Of a stretch of 64,000 nt of DNA, positions 13,339 through 25,400 are shown one piece after another. Origin of the DNA: Trichinella spiralis. Its lineage: Eukaryota. Under the pieces are notes generated by a model. That model was not told the origin of the DNA, made no database searches, and was given only the letters and a program-made list of their open reading frames with translations. Each line of letters starts with the position of its first letter. Within the stretch, counting starts at the first letter, position 1. Position numbers and translations under genes: made by a program. The DNA is taken from NCBI RefSeq assembly GCF_000181795.1, contig NW_003526941.1:10532851-10596850 (forward strand), in the 5' to 3' direction.

Positions 13339-15470
13339 ATGAAATACTGGATGAAAATAATGATAACCAGTCGTGAAAATCTTTATTGCTTATTGTTGTG
13401 CTGCTTTATGAGCGTCTCTTTAGCACATTTTCATTCTGACAGTAAGTGATTAGAACAATTTTATTTATTCATTTTTTTCTTGTTTGATTTTATGATATAG
13501 AAAAATTTTCATTTAAATTATAACCTTTAATTTTTATTAAATGACGACACCGTACTTGAATGCAGGCACAAAAAAAAATAGAAACCAAATATTGAAATCA
13601 CAATTGCTGTTTTTCAGTTACATCACTTCCTTTCAATGCTTTACAACAAAGCCGCTTCATTTGGGCATTCAATCAGTGGCGTTCAAGATTGGATGCTGGA
13701 AATATGCAATGCATTGTACGTTGTAAACTATTTTTACAGTTATATTTGATGAGTTTTAACAATTTATAATTACGTATATTAATATTAATATATGTATTTT
13801 AATTATATATATTAATATAATTTTTTTCTCATTGTCAAATTGCACATTCATTCAATTTGCAATTAATCCAACTGTATAATTTATTACAAAATACGTGATT
13901 AATGAAAATTCTGAAAAAGTTTTTTTAAAAAAATATATCTCTTTAATCCTTAAAGTTAATATTTTCATTGAATAGGTATTTCTATAACTGTTTTGAAAAT
14001 TGTATCCCATCATGAAAAGTTATTCTTTTTTTACAAACTGCAATGAAATGGAACAAATCAAAATTGCATGACATGTTGCAGACTCGCTGGAATACAAATC
14101 TGGCAGAATATGCGCAAAGCTTGGCTGAGACTTGTTCTTTGTTGCAAACTAGATTAGGTTCTAATGGTATTACAAGAGCCGTTCGACCCGCCCTGTATGA
14201 CATACCAACTGCAGCAGAAATTGTGGAACAGTTTTATGTAGACGGATCGAAAGAATACAACTACGAAGATAATGTCTGTACTCAAGAAAGTGGCAACTGT
14301 CTCGGCTTTAAACAGGTAAACACTGACTAATCACAGTTGAGCTGACAAAATTGAAAGTAAATTATTCAATACAGTTTGCCTGGCATGATGCCACTGAAAT
14401 TGGATGCGGCCTAGCAAGATGCAATTACATTGACAACAAATCTCCCGGAGGCTATTTAGCAATCTGTGCATACAATAGCAGGTATGAAACAAAATCAGAA
14501 CATAAATACTAATTCGACATTTTGCTTCATTTATGCAGTGATTTTGCTTTTTAGAGCAAGTGTTGGGAAACCACCATTTGCACCAAAACCATCATGCTCC
14601 TCCTGTCCATTATCAAATTCAAACTGTTATAGTGGATTATGCTGTAAATTTTTCTTTTAAAATATATATTTAATCAAGAAAAATTTTCTTAAAATAACAA
14701 ATTTTTTCTCAATATTTAGGTCCGTTTGACTGGAAAAAGCCTCAAGTACGAAACTGCGCGTCCAAACCCAGTAAGCTGCTATTCAGTTTATGCATTTTTC
14801 TGCAATTTTGAAAGCTTCAAATGACAAATAAAGATAAATACGATAGATTGGACTACATAAACAAAAATTAAAAAAATAATCCAACAAATAAAACTTAAAT
14901 GAAATGTGGAGCTGCACTTTAATATTAACTGATATTAGAATATGATGCAATAGGTTTAGTGATAATAATTATACGTGAGAAAAATTGTCAAGAAGTTGTA
15001 ATGAACATTGCATTTTAGACAGCGAATCATTAGTGCCTGTTCATCGTTTTTACAGTCAAAAAACAGCAACAAATTTACTCATCACAGATGAAAAACAAGT
15101 CGCTTTCCTGAAACGACAAGGAATGCCCTACAAGGGTGTTATTGGTAAAGTTGTGCGTTCAGCGGAAGACATTTCATGCCCACACTTGAAACCAATTCAC
15201 CATATTTTCTCAGAAGCATTTTCTGGAGATTATTATACCGTAGATGAGCTAATATACAAAGGTTTTATTAATAAAGATTCCCAAGATTTTGGGCCGATTG
15301 GATATGGTGTTGCAGCGCAAGGGATCTGTGATGCAAGTATACCGATATTTGAATTTTACCACAAACTTGGCATTGTACAACTACCAAATTCAACTGAAAT
15401 GAATGCCCTATTGAAAAATGATAAAATTGGGTTTACATATCGTGGCACAAGCTTTGCATTATGGCCCTGA
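13339..15470 (+). CDS. Secreted CAP/SCP (venom allergen-like) protein with Cys-rich hinge and C-terminal DUF5648-like domain, about 7 exons
   Basis: Hydrophobic leader (LYCLLLCCFMSVSLA). CAP pattern FNQWRSRLDAGNMQCI|TRWNTNLAEYAQSLAETC...YNYEDNVC...FKQ|FAWHDATEIGCGLARC...AICAYN. Hinge CSSCP...CYSGLC. Last exon PVHRFYSQKT...GMPYKGVIGKV...GDYYTVDE...PIGY. The start could be any of three nearby ATGs. Confidence 0.85.
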
Positions 15471-18125
15471 CACTATTCACGGTAGCAACAATAAAATCAC
15501 GACGCATTAATCAGTGAAGTGAATTTAAAAGATGAATGCTTTCATGTTCATTTTTATCATATGTTATTTTGAAAAATTAAAATTAAAGACTGAAATACAT
15601 TTATGAAACTGAAAATTTTTGAAACTTCTTTAAAAAACTTGTCTGAACCTAACTTTCATGTTCACTTTGTATCATATCATGACTGTACATGTACAGTGCA
15701 ATCAGGCATATACTGTAAAGTGGTCAGCTATGAAAATGCTGTTGTTGTTGGATTTTCAATTTCCAAATATATAAATAAATTTAATTTAAAAAATTCTGCT
15801 TTTATTGTGTTTCTAATTCTGCCACAAGCGTGATCATAATCAGTCACAATCAATTGCAAGTTCTGTATAAAACTTCTGACGCATAAATTAACCGTGGTTG
15901 AACAACAGGTAAACTCTTAAAATATTAGACGTTCAAATCTCGAAATTCCTAGGTTCTGTCTGATTAAGAAGCTGTTTTCTTGTAAAAATAAGAAAATAAG
16001 AATGATTTATAACTAACTACATTGCTGATCCTAGTCCATACAGATTAGATAAAAGTAAATTAAATTACAGTTGATGCAAATTTGAAATGTAATTTATAAA
16101 AATATTCAATATAATAAAATCTGAAATTAACCAAACCGCATCATCATGCATTCACTGATCAAATGAAAAATCACTGTTTATTTCAAATAGAAAAAACTAA
16201 AAAATTTTTAAATCAAAAAATCAATTCCCTTAGTAGAAATAAATTAATTAAATTTTTAACTTGAAGGCAGATAATTTTTCAGTCTACTCATACATGCGTA
16301 GATAGTCGCAGAAATGAATGCAAAGCAAGCTGCCAGTGTATAAGTGCATGAAAGTGAGATACTGTATTAAAAACATTCAGTTGGTTAAGCAAAGCGTTTG
16401 TACAAACATCACAATGAGCTGACATCAGGTCACTTTCTCACTGATTCATCAGAAAGTTAAATAAATAAATAAATAAACATCATTTGAATCTGGAGAGGTG
16501 TGAGTTTTCTTGTGGTGAATTATTATTCACGCTTGTCACTTTGCGTGCACAACGGCCACGCCTACAGCTACAGCGACACAGTAGATTAATATTACTGAAT
16601 TAGAGATGAAATACTCACATAATTATTAAAATAGCATCTGCACTGGATCAGTATAAATTCAAATTACAAACTGCTTGTTTGGTGGCTGTGATAAACTTTT
16701 TCAATTTATATTCCAAATGCATTTATTTCAGCAACAAGCCACAATGCCACGGACATATTAGACCAATCTGCAGAGGTCACAGGAAATGGTGTCATATTGG
16801 TCAAAAACTGTTCAACCATTTTTTGGTCAGTTGTTTCTTAGATATTCTTTGTAAAAAACAAAGAAAATATTTTTATCTGTTGAGTCTTTTATAGGTAGCT
16901 ATGGAAATAAAATAATCACTGCAGCTAACACTGCAGAATTACTGTATTACTGAACTGCTATTGCTGGTTTAAAATTAAATATCACTGCTCATTTCACAAT
17001 TCATTTTCCTACTAAATATTGGCCAGACTGAAGACGCAAAATAACATTTTTGTTTGAATTGAAAACCATTTTCAATATAGAAAAAATTATTCAAAGTTGT
17101 TCACCTTTTGTTTGGCATACATATTTCCCCATTTCTTAAAGCATTCAACGCTATATGAATACAATATTGATGTAATTTTCTGTCACTGTAAGATATGAGC
17201 AAAAGAAAAAAAACAAAATCAGACATCTTAAAATTTTTTTTAAGTTTAAGGAAGAATGTCAAAGTATGAAGAGGTGAATGATGATGATGATGATGGTGAT
17301 AAGTGCTTTTTTATTTTTATCTTTCTGTTGTTTTTTCTAAAAGTATCAGTTTGAATTGTTCCTTTAACACGTTATGATTGCTTTACGCATTTGTTGCGTC
17401 ATTGCATTTGTTTGGCGTGTTATAATCCTTTTGCACGTAAAACTTGCTTTTGTCATCTTTTTTCTACGTCTGTCTAGCTTCGAAGAAATACAATATGCAC
17501 CGACTAATGGCATAGCCTGAACACACCTGAAAGTATATATGCATATACTTTCAAGTATCCCCGGGTACTTTTCAGTTAGAGCACAATTAGCAATATTAGA
17601 ATTGCACTACTTTTGATTGGTTATTGAGCAGTTTTCGAAAGATCTACAAGACAGCTCATGTACACTGAAAATCAATAACTTCGTACAACTAATCTACCTA
17701 AGAAAACATGAAAACATCTGCGCGCACAATATCGTCCAATTATTTCACTAAAATAATAATGGAACTAAGCAAAAAAAATAAACTGAAATTAACAATAGTG
17801 AATAATGATTATAGTAAGGTTATTTTCTCTTTCAAGATAAATGCAATTTTTTTCTAGATTTGCTTTGTTCTACAGCTGCATTTAATGTAATTATTCAGTT
17901 TCGAGTTCAGTAATCTGTTGAATCATCATGAACATGAAAAGGACTTCATTTGAAAAAAGTTGTACATTTTCAATTTACGCACACGCATTCAACTGAACAT
18001 GAAAATCAAGCAGAAGTGCATAACACCCAGTGAGATCAGAAAACATGTAAATTAATTTTGCATATAAAAGTATACTGTTTGTGGCCTAAAATTCAAAAAA
18101 AAATAATCCTAGTTGCATTTCATGA

Positions 18126-18167
18126 ACACACACACACACACGCACTCACTCACTCACTTACTCACAC
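18126..18167. repeat. (CA)n/(CACT)n compound microsatellite
   Basis: cacacacacacacacgcactcactcactcacttactcacac. Confidence 0.8.
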
Positions 18168-19396
18168 AAAGACGCATGCACAATCATATATGCTTTAGTA
18201 TAATTTCACCTGTTTTAGTTAAATTAAATTAATGGATTGCCTTATCAATTTTTATGTCAATTAGCTAAATGAAATGAATAACCTGATTGCAAATATGAAT
18301 AACTGAAACACTTTGCGATAAAGGAACAAAAAGCTGATATCAGTGATCTGTTGTATTAGACAGCAGTGTCCATATTGAAAACGGACACTATAGTATATAG
18401 ACTAAAAATTTTGGCAATGCAATACTTTTGTACTTTTAAAGTTTTATTGCCAACTTTGACCAATGAAAAATTACACCAGCTCTTCGCTGATTGTCTACAA
18501 AACTAGTTTGACGTGTCAATATTAAATTAAACCATACAGAAAAATCATTGCATTTGCTCTTGAACACCACGATCATAAGCTTAGCCTAAAGCAGTATGGA
18601 TTACAATTAACAAATAAATCTCGTTAGAACTTTATCGTCTGTTTTTGTTATATTAGCTTATGATGACGAAATGGTTATGGTAAAATAGGCTACATTCACC
18701 ATCATTTGCGCACAAAGTACAAACACTAAAATATGCATTCTTATGTAGAATTATGATATGGTGCTTGTGTGATTTTCGATTTTTATAATTTTTTCATCAA
18801 CAATCAGCGTTGATAGTCATTTTAAAATGACACTGATATAGGTTCATTTTAAGTTTCAACAAAAACGTGCAAATCAGGCCGTATGTTAAAACTTGGATCA
18901 AAATAAATGGATAGCCTAAACTAGATTTCAGGCTGAAAATGTAGCAACACTATATAAAATAAGCAAAAGAAAATAGGATAGTACAGTAATGAATGGATAC
19001 AATTTTCGAGAAAGCTTTTTCTATAAAAGCATTCAAAAAAGTACAAGTGAATAAACAAAAAACCTTTTTTACATTGAATGAACCTTGAACAATATTGGCA
19101 AACTTTTGTTATCCAACAAACACTCAAGCAATTAGCTTTGTTGCGGTCATGAACAAAATCACAGTCCACCAGATGGGCGGAGTAGATCGTGCCAGATAAA
19201 AATTGATTGGTCGACTGGTTGAACAGGTTGACCAATGACAGTACGTTGACTGCTCCCAGAAACTTGTCGTCGAAGGTGAAACTCAGATTGTAATTCATTT
19301 GCTGTAAAACTTGATACGGTGTACGTGACTCGAACGGCTTTACACTGCTGATCCATCTAATCCCCATCATAAGGTGAAGTTGGTAGGTGATCAGAA

Positions 19397-20966
19397 ATGG
19401 CATACACTCATCCACATGGCAGTTCCAATGGTGGCTACATACTTCAACGCACCCCAACCGGAGCGCCGTACTTTTCGATGAATAATACACCAATAAACCA
19501 TGCACTTCCTACTGGAGTAATGGCTCAGCCAATGTTTCAGCCTAATCTCAGTTATCATCTGGCTGGTAAGTTTTGCTTTTTGCAAAATAAGTACGCACAC
19601 ATAATATGTATATTTTTGTGCATGTTTTTGTATTAGCATTTGCTTTTTTGTATTCTATAAGTTTCACAGTTATTCCAACCACCCGTAACGCCACATAACC
19701 TCACGTCAGTATAGTCATTCAGAGGGTCAACAGTTTTATAATCCTAACAGTGGGCAGTTGACAGTTTGCCAACTCGACCCAACACTAAGAGGGCCGTTTC
19801 GACCCTGGCCAGTCGACCCGACCCCGTTATGCAACGGGACGAGACATTTTAGCTTACTTGGCAATGGTCTATTTTTCTTAATGCGCTTCTGGACAACCAC
19901 GGCAAACTTATCAACGGATCATCAATAATAGCTATTAGCGGGAAATAATTCAGAGTCGCTTACCGAAATGATTTATTGTCACGGCTTGATTTATAAACGC
20001 CGTCAAAGTCTATAGCTTTTCTAATATTATCATCGTCTTATACTGCTCCATCTTTCTTACGCGGAATAACATTTTCATTTTCTCTTACAGAGCTGTATGG
20101 AATAAATCAATAAATAAAATAACATAAAATAAGATAGCCTTTATACACATTTCAGCAAATGCACCAAGAAAACAACGACGAGAGCGCACCACGTACAGTA
20201 GAGCTCAGCTGGACATGCTTGAGGCATTGTTTGCCAAGACGCGTTATCCAGACATATTTCTTCGGGAAGAAATTGCCATGAAGATAAATCTACCAGAATC
20301 TCGAGTGCAAGTAAGATAACCATCAGTTGATTTATTAATTTGAAAAATTCCCTTCATTAACGCAATTTATTTATTTTACACAATATTTGCTTACTGTAGG
20401 TATGGTTCAAAAACCGCCGTGCAAAGTGTCGTCAACAATCCCAACAAAAATCGGGAGACGGTGTGTCATCGAACAAAAAACTGAACAGTTCTCAGCCGTC
20501 AGAAGTGAAACATGAATTAACGGAAAAACCAGCTTCGAGCAATGAAGTTGCTAGTGATAAACTAATGCAAGCAGGAGTTAGTGCAAATGGCGACATGGAC
20601 AATGGTCCAGTTGAAAAAGCAATGATCGATCCTGGAACCACCATGGTCCATCAAACTGAAATGAATTATGGACACCCGGCAACAGTCGTTGGTGGAAGCG
20701 GTGGTCTCATAAGCAATGGCCACCCAATGCTAATTTCAAGAGGTTTCCAAGGTGGACCTTGCATGCTGAATCCCACGCCATCACATCAACCAACCGCGTA
20801 CATTCCAGCTTCCTACACCCCATGCACAAACACAGTTTCGTACTATCCGACTGAGAATCCGTATTTGTCTTCTGTAACATCGAATCCATTTGTTGGATCC
20901 CCTTCTAATGTCTATCATCCAAGAAATGTCACGGAATATCTGGACTGGAAGTATCCCATGCTTTGA
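19397..20966 (+). CDS. otx: Otx/orthodenticle (ttx-1-like) K50 homeodomain protein; exons 19397-19565, 20156-20310, 20400-20966
   Basis: [62 protein letters not shown] is a canonical Otx homeodomain with the usual paired-class intron at Q|V. N-terminus MAY..., C-terminus YLDWKYPML. Confidence 0.95.
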
Positions 20967-22124
20967 TAGGGTTCTGACCAGAAAGTACGTAGTGTCAATA
21001 TTTGTCATTTCTGTTAACACCTACGTTTAACTGACTTATATACTGCATTCTTGACGTTGATAATTTGCTATTGTGAGTAAACGACAATAACATACTGCTG
21101 CAAAGTGTCTATTTTTGACTTTTCCTATTAGCTAGCTAACTAGCTAGATGTAACATACTGCCCTACACACCAACACGGAACAAAGGTACTTTAGTTTGAA
21201 AAAGTAAAAAAAATATTTTGTTCGGTATTTGTCAGAGATTGATTTCATGGAAAAAAATATTCCAGAAATATTTTTCCACTTAATGAATTCAGTTACCAAT
21301 ATGCTGCCAATTTCAAAAATATTTGTAGCAAATTGGATAGGAGTGTGACGAAAGCGGCTCCTTGACGTCAGTTGAAAAACAAGCGTTACAAAAGATGGCA
21401 GATGACTGATTTACAATCATTCACGCAAATTTTGAAATGTCATGAAGCAAAGGCGCACTCCACAAAGAAGGCGGAGCGTAATGCTAATAGTAAATCTTAA
21501 TACAGCAATGGCGTTTCGAGTTTATCCCTCCTTTTATTATAAATTTCACTATGTACTGCTAAATCAAGTTGTTTATAGCAATGCGTTGAATTGAAAGCAA
21601 TGGATTACAATCATGAGTACAATTGTAACTGCACATATGACCAAGTAGCATATGAATGCTAATATTTAATGGAAAACTGTATTTTATTAATGAAGACATT
21701 GCTTTAAGAATATATTTCGATTGTTTAACTGACTTTATATTTGATTTCAGATGCATGCGTGTGCGTTACATGAATGAAAATTATATTAAATCTCTAATAC
21801 TGAAGTGACTTTTTAATGAATCAATTTTAAATATAAACAATAAATGCAAAGCATTAAACTTTACATTTCATCTACGAAAGAACACTAAAAATTTCAGATT
21901 GAAATAACTATTTAAATTTATAAAATGAAAATAATAATTATACAATGATGTATTTTGTTTAGAATATAGAGTTCTGTTAACTAAGCAGTGTTACAGTAAA
22001 CTGGATACTAAACTAGATGAGGACAGGTTGCTAGTTGATGAAGACCGGTTCACATGCAAAATGTAAAAGCTGTGCAAAGCATTAGTAAGAGTTGCTTTCA
22101 TGACAAAGCAATGACATGTTCTAT

Positions 22125-22157
22125 CTTTCTCTGTCTCTGTCTCTCTCTCTTTCTCTC

Positions 22158-22189
<32 letters not shown>

Positions 22190-22250
22190 TTCTCACTCTC
22201 CCACTAAACTCAGTCATTTGCTTACTCTCTGTCTCTCTCTCTCTCCTACT
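22125..22250. repeat. Imperfect (CT)n microsatellite followed by CA/TA-rich repeats
   Basis: Long ctctctct tract. It explains the low-complexity ORFs at 22054-22370. Confidence 0.9.
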
Positions 22251-22429
22251 GTCACTTCCTACACATACACAGACGTACACGCACTTATACATACACGTAT
22301 ACATATACATATACACAATTTTGAGAAAGAGGTGCAGATAAACACAAAACATGTCCAAGCAAAATATTGAATAGTAAATATATATTACAGTATGCTGATT
22401 AATTTTTGAAAAAATAGAATAAAATAAAA

Positions 22430-25400
22430 GATCCCGTACAGCACGGGATGACTATTGCCAAGCCAGATGTTGGTTTGTCCTGAGCGTGAATGGCCGGATG
22501 CAGAAGTAAGCAGTCAGGTGACCGAAGGTATAGGTCTTAGCGTACACCCGAGCCCTGCGTTAAGCTTCTTAGCTGAGTATTAGCCGCGTTCGCTTTGTGC
22601 GCATGCTTCGTTCGCAGCTGCCGCTCTGTACCGACGCCGCTGACCGTAAGCGCCTAATGACTACCGCTTTTGCTGGCTCATCCGTCATTTCCTATAACGC
22701 CACGGCTGATCTCGACATTTTATTTCTATTCTCTGTCTACAAGATTTTTGAAAACTTGTACAAGTGGACAGCAGCTTTGTTATGTGAAAATCCGCAGAAT
22801 TAAGTGAACAGCGGCCACTCTTATCTTGACAAAATCTTTTCACAAAGAGCTTAGATAAACTTATCCTCCTGCTCAACAGCAAAACCCAAAATGTACAAAA
22901 CTTGCAAATGCGCACAGCAGTCAGCTATTCTGTGATACCCATCTCACACACCGGGTATTTTGATTTTGAGTTCGCATTAAAAACATCTTTCTGTCAGCTA
23001 ATGAGATCTATCTCTGCTTCCTTTTGCTCCACCATCTCCTTGCCCCCTCCCACCACATTTGCTTCATACTGGAACATTGTGGCAATATCATTCATGTCGT
23101 ACTTTTTAAAATATGTTTCATTCGAGCATTTTGTGATGATCAGTTTTTTCGACATTTAAAATCTCTTTATTTCTCTAAACACGCACAAATAAAGCACTGA
23201 GGAAAGGATTGATCGTCCATCTGATCACTGCATGCAAGGTCAGGGTCGTTATGGTCTTTTCTTCAAAGTGACCAATATAAACAACATTTCAAGCATGTTT
23301 GACACGAACACGATCAATTCTAGATCATTTGACTCATTTAAGCACATACAATGAACTGACGCCACAGTACTACTTTTTATGTTAGCATTTGCCTCAAATA
23401 CATTCATACATAAAAAATGATATTTTATTAAAAATTAATCACTCTCTTCTTGAAATTCAATGCTTAAATTAGCTCTTTTTCATCATTTCAATAAACAAGG
23501 AAATGAAATACGAATGAAGGACCATCTTATTTTCAGTGCTTTAAATTTAAAGTAAATAAATAGTTATACACGTGCATGTGTGAGGGCGGAAAAGTAGCTG
23601 CAATTTTTGGCGATAAAGAAAGCGCGATACAAATCTTGGCACATTCAAAAAATCAAACAAATATATATATATATATGTACAAAATGTATGATTGATTACA
23701 CAACAGGTTTAACGCGTATCAGTTGTTGAATATGATTAAAAACGCTTTATATGAAAAAAGAATTGGATTACTGCCTTGGATGTTTGTAGAGATGTGAAAT
23801 GAAAAGAATAATATACATTTGTGATTAATGGATACATTATTGTTTGGGGACAATTTCCAGAAGCCGGATGCTATATGCAATGAGATTTTTGCATTTTTTC
23901 ACATTTTCTGCAAAGAGAAGAAGAAAATTTGTGGTGTACAGTTCAGCTTTAGCAGTTCAAAGCAATGTCGGCCACGCGCCTTGATCCTATAAGCAATCAG
24001 CCGCGTACGCTGAACGACCGCACATGTTGGTCAGGGAAGCATTGTCTGTTGGTGTTTGCATTGGTAAAGCCGTGCCCGTTTGCTCCTCGGACGTGTCGAT
24101 GCCGACCTGTTGGTTATTTTGCTTTCAATTGTGCTGTTGGTCTAGGCACATTGATCGACCGTCTTAAAGCCAAGACGAATGTTTGCGTTCGGCTTAAGCT
24201 GAAGCCGCTCCTTAGTCGAGTAACAGTTTCTCCAATTCCGGAACGTTAAAGATTGAAAAATCGAACAAATCCACCACCCCGCACTGGCGATGGGATTATT
24301 TTCATTTCGACGCAAACGAATTCAAATTATGGACAAACGTTGTGAGCAATTTTCTTATTCATTTTTTGTTATCTGAAGATTCACTGCCTGCAAGATGAGG
24401 TTCAGGAAAAAAAAGAACCGAGGTCGAATTGAAGGTCACAGGTGCAACCCTTAAGATGCTCTCGATTTTCGTAACCCGCTATGGTCAAGGGGGTGGAACA
24501 ATTTTCGACTGACAATGATCCGAACGGCACTAAGCCGTGGATAAAGGCGGCGGCATTGCGCTCCACAGAACCGGGCCACCACTACACAGCAGACCGCTCG
24601 TTCAAGTGGTCAGCGGCTCGCCTTGTCCATTGCAATTGTCGTTTAACTTAGCGTGAAACCCATTCCGTAACAATGGAACCACATCAAGGTCGTCCCGCGT
24701 TTCTAACTAATCCATTTTCACCTCTACTCCATACCAATTTTGCGTTTGATTCATCCATATGCAGAGGCGCTCTCACGTGCGCCAACGACCCAAAAATGCC
24801 TGTTGCATACCAACCGGCCTTTCATTTTTATTTTTGCTATTTTTTACTTCTGCTCTTTGCTTAAGCCGACTGGAATGTGGCCCGGAAGCTGACCATGAAC
24901 TAACTAGACAAAAGACTGCAATACGTTTGTTGCAACGGATGCTGGGATTAATGATGAAAAAGAACCCGCCAACACAGATGGCATGACATTATTATAAAAT
25001 GAACATACACTTTTGGAAATTTTGAACATCATTTGTCTCATCGTATATTTATTTCACAATCTGCTCGATATTTCATCCACCCACATAATTGAAAACTGTT
25101 TAACAAAGAAAAAAGACAATTCCTTCTTTCCATTAAATCTAATTAGCTTTCATAGCAATTTTTATAAAACAGCGAAAACCAATCAGCTTGCATCTGTTTT
25201 CAGAACAGTAGATAGGGCGAGTAGATAAGGAGAAAATAATTATAGGAAAAGAGAATCGGTTTCAAAATTGTAAGTCTGCTAAACCCAAAATACAAAGTAG
25301 AAAACAAAAAAAATCCGTAAATACTGCACTGAGCTAATGACCTACATATGATATTTCATTCATTGCCTCCAATTACAATGCAAATCGTAACAGACAAGGT

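Noticed and set aside
18921..19505. 194-aa ORF antisense to Otx exon 1 and promoter
   Set aside because: Cys/Phe/Leu-rich random-looking composition, no domain and no splice support. Only stranded RNA data could rescue it.
22054..22370. SLSLSL/RERERE ORFs
   Set aside because: Translation of a (CT)n microsatellite.
22482..22490. GAGCGTGAA, similar to U3 snoRNA box B
   Set aside because: Boxes A, C and D and the U3 5' end are not found in the expected arrangement.
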